From Minisyncoccia bacterium (GTDB taxonomy: Bacteria; Patescibacteriota; Minisyncoccia; Phycocordibacterales; UBA918), in assembly GCA_041750655.1 (NCBI GenBank), contig JBGSYZ010000015.1, forward strand, positions 7,119 to 71,118: DNA of 64,000 nt. Reading direction: 5' to 3'. The notes beneath the pieces are model-generated. The model saw only the letters and a list, made by a program, of their open reading frames with translations. It ran no database searches and had not been told where the DNA came from. The translations under genes and the position numbers were made by a program. The first letter of the stretch is position 1, and each line of letters begins with the position of its first letter. This document shows positions 56,443-64,000 of this stretch, piece by piece.

Positions 56443-57164
56443 GACTTTATTGTCTTTTTATTGCTTGTCTTTGTATTGTCTTAAATAGGTAGCTGAGTAG
56501 TACCTAAAGACACCCAAGATGACTTTAAGTTTTATAGATATTTCTCTGCCTTTTCTTGATTTGCCAGGTTCTTTTAAGTGTTTCCTAATCACTATTTTGG
56601 TGTAAGAACCGAGCTTTGACAGCGTCATAGTTTAGTAGTTAGGTGACTTGGGTAGGTTGACGTAGTTATAAAACCAACGTATTCTCTCACCTTAAATAGT
56701 GTTGCACTCAATGTTTATTGAGTTACATATCCACAAACAAACAAGCTTTCTTGCAAAGAATTTTGTATACTGGTTTATGTGCCGAGCACGCTTTTTCTTT
56801 ACCTGCACTTTGCAGTAGATATAAAGTTGTCTTTGGAGGTAACACACTGTTCATTGATAATTGAATATAGAACAAACCCCGCTTTTCTGTTTAATAAATA
56901 GATAAGCATTTTAGTCGCGCATTTATTAATGTGTCGACCCATGAATTGTTCCAAATATATTTCCGCTCGACTCGTTCTGCCTTGGTTGCTAATGAAAGAT
57001 ATACCGATTGGATTCGCAGCTAACCTTTATGTGTAACAACGTAGAGGATAGTGATGTTCGTGATTGAAGTGTTGGTTTCGCCTCACTTGAATCGCCAATA
57101 TGAATTAATTCATATTACTAGTAACGTTAAAAGTAATTTTGACGAAAAAAAAGTTAATTAACTT

Positions 57165-59174
57165 ATGAGTAAAGTATTAGATATTGCTGTTGCTAAGTTC
57201 GCTGTAGCGTTCGTAGCAGTAGCTATGCTTGTATCTCTTGTAGCTCCTGTTGCGCAAGCACAGACTACAGAAGAACTACAAGCTATGATCAATGACCTGC
57301 TTGCCCAAGTTGCTGCTCTACAGGGAACTGTAGGTGGTACAACTTCAGTTGGCGCAGGTGTGTGTCCATACACATGGACACGTTCTCTTAACAGCGGCGC
57401 CACCGGTGCTGATGTTATGACTCTTCAGAAGTTCCTAAACGCTGATCCAGAAACACGTGTTGCTGTATCAGGGGCTGGTTCAGCTGGAGCGGAAACTAGT
57501 TACTACGGTGGCCTTACAGGTGCTGCAGTGGCTAAGTTCCAAACCAAGTACCGTGCAGATATTCTGACACCACTTGGACTTGTTAACGCCACAACTTACT
57601 TTGGTCCATCAACAATGGCTCAAGCTAACAAGTTGTGTGTATCTGCTCCAGTAATGGATGACAGTTCAGATGATTCTTCAGATGATTCTTCAGATGATTC
57701 TTCAAGCGCTGCACTTAGCGGTGGTGAAGCTTCACTAGACAATTTTGATTTAACAAGTGGTGATGACACTGATCTACAAGAAAACCAAGAAAATGCTCCA
57801 GTAGCAGACATTGAGTTTGACGTAAAAGATGGTGACATCAAGATTAGCCGTGTTGACATCATCTTTGATGCCACTGGTTCTACAGTTGAAGAAGATCCAT
57901 GGGATACTTTTGAAACTGTATCTCTATGGGTAGACGGAGACATGATTGCTGAAATGGATGTGAATGACCGAAACGATTGGTCACGAAACACTCCTTCTAC
58001 AGGATTTGACCGAGTTCGTCTAACTGGACTTGACCAAGTATTCCGAGAAGGTGATACCGCCAACATCACTGTTGGTGTAACAGTACAAAATACTGTTCGT
58101 GGCGTAGATTCTACCGCTGCAAACTGGGATATTTACATTCCAGATGATGGTGTTCGTGGACGAGATGGTGCTGGTATCGACCAATACGTTGGTGAGGATA
58201 CAGACACTGTTTCATTCAACATTGACGTAGCTGGTGCTGATGATCAAATTCGTGTAAACGAATCATCAAATGACCCAGCAGCGACTACTCTAGAACTTAA
58301 GGATGATACTCGTTCTGACTGGACTACTGTTATGGCTTTCGAGCTTGACACTCGTGACAGTACAAACGATATTGAAATCCAAGGTCTAGAACTTAACTTC
58401 AACTTCAGTTCAAGTACTTACGCTGGTCTAGTAGACGATATTCGTCTAGTAGCTGATGGTAATACTTACACTGACGAATCAGTAACTGGTGACGATGTTA
58501 CCTTCACATTCGACAATGAATTCTTCATTGACGCTGGTGATGCTACTGATGTAGAGGTTGAAGTTCGCTTCAAGAAACTTAATCCAGGTGACGAAGGCAC
58601 AACTATGTCTATCGATGTAGATGCTGCCAACGTTGAAGCTGAAGGTGAAAACAACGTTACTGACCTAACTGGTGTGGCTTCAAGCGAGACACACACACTT
58701 CGAACTGAAGGTGTTGGTCTAGAGCTTGTTTCACAAACAGCAACATCTAAGAATAACGACACTACACCAGCTTCTAGTTACGGTGAGTACAAGATCACAT
58801 TCGATGCTACTGCTATTGGAGACACTATGTGGATTCCACTAACAGCTGCTCGAAATGCTTCTAGTACAGTTGGTGCGGCGTACCAAATCGAAGATGCTAA
58901 CGGAAGTGCTACGACTAGTGGTACAGTGACTGAGTCACTTACCCGTAAGTCTGGTGGTTCAGTAACTGGTAACTTTGTTAAGATCAGCGAAGGTCAAACA
59001 GCAACGTTTGAACTCGTTGTGACTTACGACCCTACTCTTACTGGGCAATACCGCTTGCAGTTGCTAAGTTCTGCATTCAAGCCAGTAACTTCTGGAACCC
59101 CAAGTGGTTCTGATGTTGCTACAGCTTTGCCTGCTGAAGACTTCGAAACTAGTAACACACTTGTAAATAACTAA
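57165..59174 (+). CDS. secreted cell-surface protein with peptidoglycan-binding domain and DDSS tandem repeats
   Basis: Signal peptide; PG_binding_1-like segment (GATGADVMTLQKFLN...LTGAAVAKFQTKY); (DDSS)x4 encoded by (gatgattcttca)x3; acidic beta-rich C-terminal domains. Confidence 0.6.
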   Translation: MSKVLDIAVAKFAVAFVAVAMLVSLVAPVAQAQTTEELQAMINDLLAQVAALQGTVGGTTSVGAGVCPYTWTRSLNSGATGADVMTLQKFLNADPETRVAVSGAGSAGAETSYYGGLTGAAVAKFQTKYRADILTPLGLVNATTYFGPSTMAQANKLCVSAPVMDDSSDDSSDDSSDDSSSAALSGGEASLDNFDLTSGDDTDLQENQENAPVADIEFDVKDGDIKISRVDIIFDATGSTVEEDPWDTFETVSLWVDGDMIAEMDVNDRNDWSRNTPSTGFDRVRLTGLDQVFREGDTANITVGVTVQNTVRGVDSTAANWDIYIPDDGVRGRDGAGIDQYVGEDTDTVSFNIDVAGADDQIRVNESSNDPAATTLELKDDTRSDWTTVMAFELDTRDSTNDIEIQGLELNFNFSSSTYAGLVDDIRLVADGNTYTDESVTGDDVTFTFDNEFFIDAGDATDVEVEVRFKKLNPGDEGTTMSIDVDAANVEAEGENNVTDLTGVASSETHTLRTEGVGLELVSQTATSKNNDTTPASSYGEYKITFDATAIGDTMWIPLTAARNASSTVGAAYQIEDANGSATTSGTVTESLTRKSGGSVTGNFVKISEGQTATFELVVTYDPTLTGQYRLQLLSSAFKPVTSGTPSGSDVATALPAEDFETSNTLVNN

Positions 59175-59248
59175 TAAGTTATTTACTAGTACAAGCTAGT
59201 CAATCGTAGGCTGAAATCTAGTATTCTTCTCCACGTTGAGTATTAGTC

Positions 59249-59455
59249 AAAAAGCGCTCCCGTAAGGGAGCGCTTTTTGTTTGGTTATAGTTTTGGGTGG
59301 TGGCAGGATAAAAGAGAAGTGCCCGGCGCCTTTAGGCGCCGGGCATTTTCTTTTTCTTTTTTCTATAACTATTTGTAGCTAGGTCTTTCCTAGCTATTAT
59401 TCATTTATATACAAATATATACAAAGAGGGGCGCCTTTGGCGCCCCTCTTTTGCT
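59249..59455 (+). terminator. three tandem rho-independent terminators
   Basis: Three stem-loops: caaaaagcgctccc-gtaa-gggagcgctttttg; aagtgcccggcgcc-ttta-ggcgccgggcatttt; aagaggggcgcc-tttg-gcgcccctctttt. Confidence 0.75.
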
Positions 59456-59572
59456 ATACTTAAGCGCAAGATGTTTAACAAAACCTTTTATAAATTTTTA
59501 TATAGTTTTATTGCCATTGTTGCTTCCACTATGGTTTTAATATTAGTTATTGGGCATTTAACAAAATAATTT

Positions 59573-60055
59573 ATGAGAGTCACTGATCAGTATTTTTGGA
59601 ACTTTGTTTTTGGGCTTTTCTTTTTAGCTTTGGTGGTAATGGGGGCGGTCGCGCTTGATTCGGAAACGGCTCGAGATTTTGCCACTCTCACTTTCGCCGA
59701 TTATGCACTTATGACCTTGGCTTCGTGGCGTTTGATTCGTTTGTTTGTATACGACACAGCGACTAAATTTATCCGTGAACAATTTTACGATGCCACTAAA
59801 GTAAAGGGGGGAGTGATGCTTGAAAAACCAGCTCGTGGTCCACGACGCACACTAGCTGATCTTTTGTGCTGCCCGTGGTGTTTTGGTGTGTGGGCCACTG
59901 CTCTGGTGGTCTTTTGCTACATGGCGTTTTCATGGGCAGTATATCCTGTGGCTTTTCTGGCTCTCTCTGCTGCTGCCTCATTTCTCCAAATTCTTTCTAA
60001 TCTCGTCGGTCACAAAGCTGAGCAACTTAAAAACCAAAACGAAGGACGAATGTAA
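59573..60055 (+). CDS. DUF1360-family membrane protein
   Basis: CCPWCFGVWATALV motif and 4 TM helices, typical of DUF1360. Confidence 0.65.
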   Translation: MRVTDQYFWNFVFGLFFLALVVMGAVALDSETARDFATLTFADYALMTLASWRLIRLFVYDTATKFIREQFYDATKVKGGVMLEKPARGPRRTLADLLCCPWCFGVWATALVVFCYMAFSWAVYPVAFLALSAAASFLQILSNLVGHKAEQLKNQNEGRM

Positions 60056-60058
60056 TTT

Positions 60059-60451
60059 ATGGTCATTCCAGAATTTTGTACAAAATATCTCACTGCAGCC
60101 GAAGGTAAGGCTTTGGCTACATGTGGCAAGGAAGGAGTAAGCGTGGTGCCAGTTTCCAGTCTAAAATTAATAGACGAAAAAATAATTTTAGTTAATTATT
60201 TTTTCAATCAATCTCTTACCAACATCGAACAAAATCCAAAAGTTGCTTTAGCGGCTTGGATTGGTCTTGAGGGCTGTCGCGTGGAGGCTACGGCCGAGCA
60301 TGTAACAGAGGGGGAGGTTTTTGACGAAGTTGTAGCTTGGATAAAAGAAACACTCCCTGAACGAGTGGTAAAAGGTGTGCTTATTCTCACCCCGACCGCT
60401 TTCTATGACATCAGCGCTGGCCCAGAAGCAGGAAAGCGCATCGAAGACTGA
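60059..60451 (+). CDS. pyridoxamine 5'-phosphate oxidase-like FMN-binding split-barrel protein
   Basis: Size and pattern (VPVSSLKLIDEKIILVNYF..KT..NIEQNPKVALAAW) match the PNPOx-like general stress protein fold. Confidence 0.55.
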   Translation: MVIPEFCTKYLTAAEGKALATCGKEGVSVVPVSSLKLIDEKIILVNYFFNQSLTNIEQNPKVALAAWIGLEGCRVEATAEHVTEGEVFDEVVAWIKETLPERVVKGVLILTPTAFYDISAGPEAGKRIED

Positions 60452-60479
60452 CCCCTTTCATTTTCAATAAAATTTGCTA

Positions 60480-60668
60480 TAGTATCGGGCAACAGGCTCA
60501 TGACAGTTGGTCTGTGTGCGTAAAGGCACACAAATAAAGAAGCGTTTGCTTCGCCAGCCGAGGTCCAATCTCAATTTATTTTGATACTGGAGGTCGAAGC
60601 CTAGGAGTGAAAAAATCCTTTGGATTTTTTCACTCGTGGGCCTGGAATTTAATCACGTAAATAAATTT
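60480..60668 (+). promoter_or_regulatory. candidate ribosomal protein L10 (rplJ) leader
   Basis: Structured 5' UTR immediately upstream of rplJ with hairpins (tgtgtgc-gtaaagg-cacaca; agtgaaaaaatcc-tttg-gattttttcact attenuator-like). Confidence 0.35.
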
Positions 60669-60672
60669 TACT

Positions 60673-61161
60673 GTGGCAATTACAAAAGCAAAAAAAGAAG
60701 AAATCTTAACTAAACTGGAAGGGATCAAGAAAGATTCTGACTCAATCGTATTCGTGAACTTCACTCAAATGGAAGGTAACGATGTTACCGCTATGCGCGC
60801 TAAGTTGCGAGAAGAGGGAGTGGGCTACTTTGTTGCCAAGAAAACCCTCGTTGCTCGAGCCTTTGATGGTGCGTTTGAAGGTGAAGTACCAGCGCTTGAT
60901 GGCGAGATTGCACTGGCATACAGCACAGATGCTATCGCACCAGCACAAAACATCAAGGAGTTTTCTGGAAAGTTTAAGGACAAGATCGCTATCGTCGGTG
61001 GAGTGTTTCAAGGTGTATACAAATCACGCGAAGAAATGACTGAGATTGCTTCAATCCCACCACTACAAGTATTACGAGGAATGTTCGTGAATGTTATCAA
61101 CTCACCGATTCAAGGTGTTGTGTTAGCACTTAATGCTATTTCTGATAAGAAATCTGCATAA
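60673..61161 (+). CDS. rplJ: ribosomal protein L10
   Basis: MAITKAKKEEI...; full-length L10 pattern. Confidence 0.9.
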   Translation: MAITKAKKEEILTKLEGIKKDSDSIVFVNFTQMEGNDVTAMRAKLREEGVGYFVAKKTLVARAFDGAFEGEVPALDGEIALAYSTDAIAPAQNIKEFSGKFKDKIAIVGGVFQGVYKSREEMTEIASIPPLQVLRGMFVNVINSPIQGVVLALNAISDKKSA

Positions 61162-61308
61162 TTGATTAATCTAAAAAATAATTATGGCTGAAGACAAATA
61201 AGTAATAGGGAGCGTAAGCGACCATATTCTTATTTGGTTCCGAATTTCTTTAATTCCTAAAAGAAATTCCTGGAACGCTCACTATAAGAAACTAAATATA
61301 AAATTACT

Positions 61309-61785
61309 ATGAGTGATGAAAAAGAAACAGAAGTAGTTGCTGAGGCAGCTACTCCAGAAGTTAAAGAAGCTGCTCCAGCAGCTAATGACTCAGGTGTTGA
61401 TGAGACAGTTGAAGTTCCAAAAGAGTTCAAGAAGCTAGTAGAAGAAGTAGAGAATATGACTGTTCTGCAACTGAACGAACTAGTTAAGGTTCTAGAAAAG
61501 CGTTTTGGTGTATCAGCGGCTGCGGTGGCAGTAGCTGGTCCAGCTGCCGGCGGTGATGCTGGCGGTGATGAGCAATCAGAATTTACCGTCGTACTCGCAG
61601 ATGCTGGTGCGGCCAAGATTGCAGTTATCAAGGCTATCAAAGAGGCTTTAGGACTCGGTCTTAAGGAAGCGAAAGATATGGTTGACGCTGCTCCTGGCGA
61701 CGTAAAGGCTGGTATGAAGAAGGAAGATGCTGAAGCCCTCAAGGCTAAGCTTGAGGAAGCTGGCGCTAAGGTGGAACTTAAGTAA
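61309..61785 (+). CDS. rplL: ribosomal protein L7/L12
   Basis: Flexible [13 protein letters not shown] hinge and a C-terminal domain ending [14 protein letters not shown]. Confidence 0.9.
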   Translation: MSDEKETEVVAEAATPEVKEAAPAANDSGVDETVEVPKEFKKLVEEVENMTVLQLNELVKVLEKRFGVSAAAVAVAGPAAGGDAGGDEQSEFTVVLADAGAAKIAVIKAIKEALGLGLKEAKDMVDAAPGDVKAGMKKEDAEALKAKLEEAGAKVELK

Positions 61786-61802
61786 AGTTTCTCGCTAAAA
61801 AT

Positions 61803-61838
61803 AAAAAGCGTGGACAACTGTCCATGCTTTTTATTTTT
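61803..61838 (+). terminator. terminator after rplL
   Basis: gcgtggaca-act-tgtccatgc followed by T5. Confidence 0.7.
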
Positions 61839-61906
61839 ACAAAACACCCCAAATTCCTTGTCCAGACCAGTAAATCCGACATCGTGATATACTCGGAACA
61901 TTCAGT

Positions 61907-62530
61907 ATGGCAGCAGATCCTCTCGCAATCCTCTTCGGTAGTCCGTCACGGGTAAAACTCCTGCGTTTTTTCTTATTTAACCCGTCCAAAGAATTTACTT
62001 TTGAAGAAATCAGCCGCCGAGCCAAGCTGGTTCGACGTACCGCTCGCACCGAAATCAACGCCCTCGAGCGCGCCAGTGTAATCAAAAAAACCAGTATTTT
62101 TATACCCAGCGAAAGAACCGGAAAAAAGGTTCGTACTGTCGTATATATTTTAAATAAAAAATTTCCCGAACTGCAGGCTCTACAAACCTTCCTCTTTGAA
62201 ACCGCTCCGATTAATGGACTAACTTTGTTGAAACATTTAAATAAAGTAGGGAAGATAGACTTCTTGGTAACTTCAGGAGTATTCGTGCGCGAGTTTGAGC
62301 ATAGGCTCGATTTTATGCTGGCAATGAAGAAATTGGATGAACCAAAAATTGAAAACGCTATCCGGGCTCTTGAGAGTGAATTAGGGATTGAAATTCGTTA
62401 CGCTGCGTTCACCTCTGAAGATTTAAAGTATCGCGTTGGCATGCACGATAAACTCATTCGCGATGTATTTGATTATTCTCACGAAGTGTTGGTAGACAAA
62501 CTGGGTATTGAAAACGAAATGCAACGGTAA
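61907..62530 (+). CDS. hypothetical protein with N-terminal winged-HTH
   Basis: PSRVKLLRFFLFNPSKEFTFEEISRRAKLVRRTARTEINALERASVI resembles an ArsR/MarR-type wHTH. Confidence 0.4.
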   Translation: MAADPLAILFGSPSRVKLLRFFLFNPSKEFTFEEISRRAKLVRRTARTEINALERASVIKKTSIFIPSERTGKKVRTVVYILNKKFPELQALQTFLFETAPINGLTLLKHLNKVGKIDFLVTSGVFVREFEHRLDFMLAMKKLDEPKIENAIRALESELGIEIRYAAFTSEDLKYRVGMHDKLIRDVFDYSHEVLVDKLGIENEMQR

Positions 62531-62625
62531 TCATTGACAAGTACTGTTCCTGTTGCACGGTCATACTTTTCCGTAATGTACGTTATTATATAGGTGTAGT
62601 TTAGTAATTAACTCACAATACACAT

Positions 62626-63327
62626 ATGGAACGTGATTTATTCGGAGTTCTTGAGATGTCATTCTACAGTTTATGGAACGACGTTCTCTCGTATCTTCCC
62701 TCAGTCCTAATCGCTCTTTTGGTTCTTATCGTTGGTTGGATTATTGCTGGTTCACTCAAAGTAGTAATCGAAAGTGTGTTCACCAAACTTAAGGTAAACG
62801 AAGCTTTGGATAAAGCCGGAGTTGACTCACTAGCTCAACGAGCTGGGTACAAACTTAAAGCCGGTGTGTTTGTCGGGACTTTAGTAAAATGGTTTGTTAT
62901 TCTCGTTTTCTTTGTGGCCGCACTGGAGATTTTGCATCTCAGTCAAGTAACGGTCTTTTTCCGAGATGTAGTACTTGGGTACTTACCTAAAGTAATTGTC
63001 TCAGTGCTAATCCTGTTGGTCTCAACTATTGTGGCTAACGTAGCGAGCGCTAGTGTGGTGGCAGCCGCTCGGGCAGCGGAAATAAAAACCGCAGATATGT
63101 TGGGCTCAGTGACACGCTACGCCATCTTGGTATTCGCGTTACTAGCGGTACTTAATCAACTTAATATCGCGGCTGAATTGGTAAATACACTCTTTATGGG
63201 CATTGTCTTTGCCGCTTCACTAGCTTTTGGTCTCGCGTTTGGGTTGGGAGGAAAGGAAGCAGCTGCCAGATACATTGCTGAAATGACTGGAAAAGGGGAA
63301 GGACATAGTGGACATCACCACCATTAA
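62626..63327 (+). CDS. small mechanosensitive-channel-like 'conserved TM helix' repeat protein with C-terminal His run
   Basis: Two to three repeats of the TM-helix motif (LVKWFVILVFFVAALEIL..); ends GEGHSGHHHH. Confidence 0.5.
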   Translation: MERDLFGVLEMSFYSLWNDVLSYLPSVLIALLVLIVGWIIAGSLKVVIESVFTKLKVNEALDKAGVDSLAQRAGYKLKAGVFVGTLVKWFVILVFFVAALEILHLSQVTVFFRDVVLGYLPKVIVSVLILLVSTIVANVASASVVAAARAAEIKTADMLGSVTRYAILVFALLAVLNQLNIAAELVNTLFMGIVFAASLAFGLAFGLGGKEAAARYIAEMTGKGEGHSGHHHH

Positions 63328-63348
63328 GATAGGTGTAGTGTAGAAAAA

Positions 63349-63385
63349 AGGCCGGTGCGCGTACGCACCGGCCTTTATTGTTTCA
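63349..63385. terminator. bidirectional terminator
   Basis: aaaaggccggtgcgc-gta-cgcaccggcctttt. Confidence 0.8.
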
Positions 63386-64000
63386 TCAGGACTTGAGTAT
63401 AGCGCCATACTTAGCAGCAATTCTTGCTGCTTCATCTGGATCTATTTCGAGTAGACTTCTGCCAGGGTCGAATGAACGTTCAGTTGAAAGAGGCTTGATC
63501 ACTCGTGAATGTTTTGCGTCGTAAAGATTGTTCAGAATCTCCAACACTCGCCCAAGCTCTTCCGCACTCTTAACTGCGTCTTTCATCAACGCTTTGACCT
63601 CTTCTGCGCTTTTGTCAGCACAAGCGGCTCTGATCATGTCGCGGGTAAGCGTCACGATGCTTGATTTGCTGGTAACTTTGACACTCGCATTAAGCATCTT
63701 GAAAATATTGGCAGGGGAACGGCCGTACGTCTTGCCAGCTGCTTGCCCACCACCACCAAGATACCCATCGTGTTTGACTTTACCATTTTTGATGAACTCG
63801 ATGGCTTGGTTTGCATGCATGCCTTGTTCTTCAATGCGTTTAAACAAGGCGCGCTGTAACCCAAAACTTAACTTATCGGCGCCATCGAGTTCATTAAAAG
63901 GAATATCTTCTTTAGATAACTCATACCGCTGCATCATTTCGAGAAAGTTTCCCGCCTCGACATCAGTGATTGAACCTAGAGCTTCAGCTACACCAATAGG
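63386..64000 (-). CDS. hypothetical protein (5' end beyond window)
   Basis: The frame stays open to the window edge upstream of the M at 63937. Confidence 0.35.
   Translation of the reverse strand, partial: PIGVAEALGSITDVEAGNFLEMMQRYELSKEDIPFNELDGADKLSFGLQRALFKRIEEQGMHANQAIEFIKNGKVKHDGYLGGGGQAAGKTYGRSPANIFKMLNASVKVTSKSSIVTLTRDMIRAACADKSAEEVKALMKDAVKSAEELGRVLEILNNLYDAKHSRVIKPLSTERSFDPGRSLLEIDPDEAARIAAKYGAILKS

Noticed and set aside
61257-61901. 214-aa minus-strand ORF antisense to rplL.
   Set aside because: Ala/Ser/Thr-rich low-complexity product, mirroring the Ala/Glu-rich L7/L12 coding strand.
1-64000. Scan for CRISPR arrays, rRNA genes, transposases, integrases and restriction-modification or defense-system ATPases/nucleases.
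   Set aside because: No regularly spaced direct repeats and no rRNA-like conserved blocks. No DDE/Tyr/Ser recombinase-like ORFs. No ORFs with nuclease or NTPase motif sets beyond RecA and FtsK.

Overview
The window reads as a gene-dense stretch of an AT-rich (about 42% GC), streamlined bacterial chromosome. The compositional islands are about 50-62% GC, against that background.

Most of it is housekeeping:
- Ribosomal proteins: L19; L11; the S6-SSB-S18 cluster; L10 and L7/L12 with an L10-leader-like 5' UTR.
- Aminoacyl-tRNA synthetases: IleRS, GlyRS, MetRS.
- DNA and protein machinery: RecA, RecO, FtsK, EF-P, SecE-NusG, MscL, CarD, UppS plus a polyprenyl synthase, and RluA/RlmB-type RNA-modifying enzymes.
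- A contiguous dNTP/dTTP-synthesis cluster: ATP-cone NrdB, NrdA, a long-form dCTP deaminase, a tandem ThyX-like protein, Tmk and Dut.
- Two tRNAs: Leu-GAG on the plus strand and His-GUG on the minus strand.

Small proteins, many single-TM hypotheticals, and no rplA after rplK (rplI not near rpsR) suggest a Patescibacteria/CPR-like lineage. This is an inference from content, not a database result.

The features that stand out are:
- IleRS carries an internal insertion of about 190 aa with a histidine-phosphatase (PGAM-like, RHGxxxN) signature.
- Several sharply GC-rich islands sit in the AT-rich background: one at 6.15-8.4 kb with a duplicated 58-bp hairpin+RBS leader; one at 13.65-15.2 kb that is a three-gene minus-strand operon with a frameshifted methyltransferase, abutting tRNA-His; one at 32.0-32.5 kb; and one at 49.6-49.9 kb that is a two-peptide micro-operon behind a perfect TTGACA-17-TATAAT promoter.
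- Two related structured non-coding elements with a compensatory hairpin flank the small cassette at 12.77-13.44 kb.
- A promoter-like 26-nt motif is conserved upstream of dut and of a surface-protein gene, and is also present as a perfect inverted repeat.
- The nusG-rplK neighbourhood is unusual: an inserted HTH gene, a structured leader, and 0.9 kb without convincing coding where rplA would be.

No CRISPR array, rRNA, transposase or integrase was recognised.
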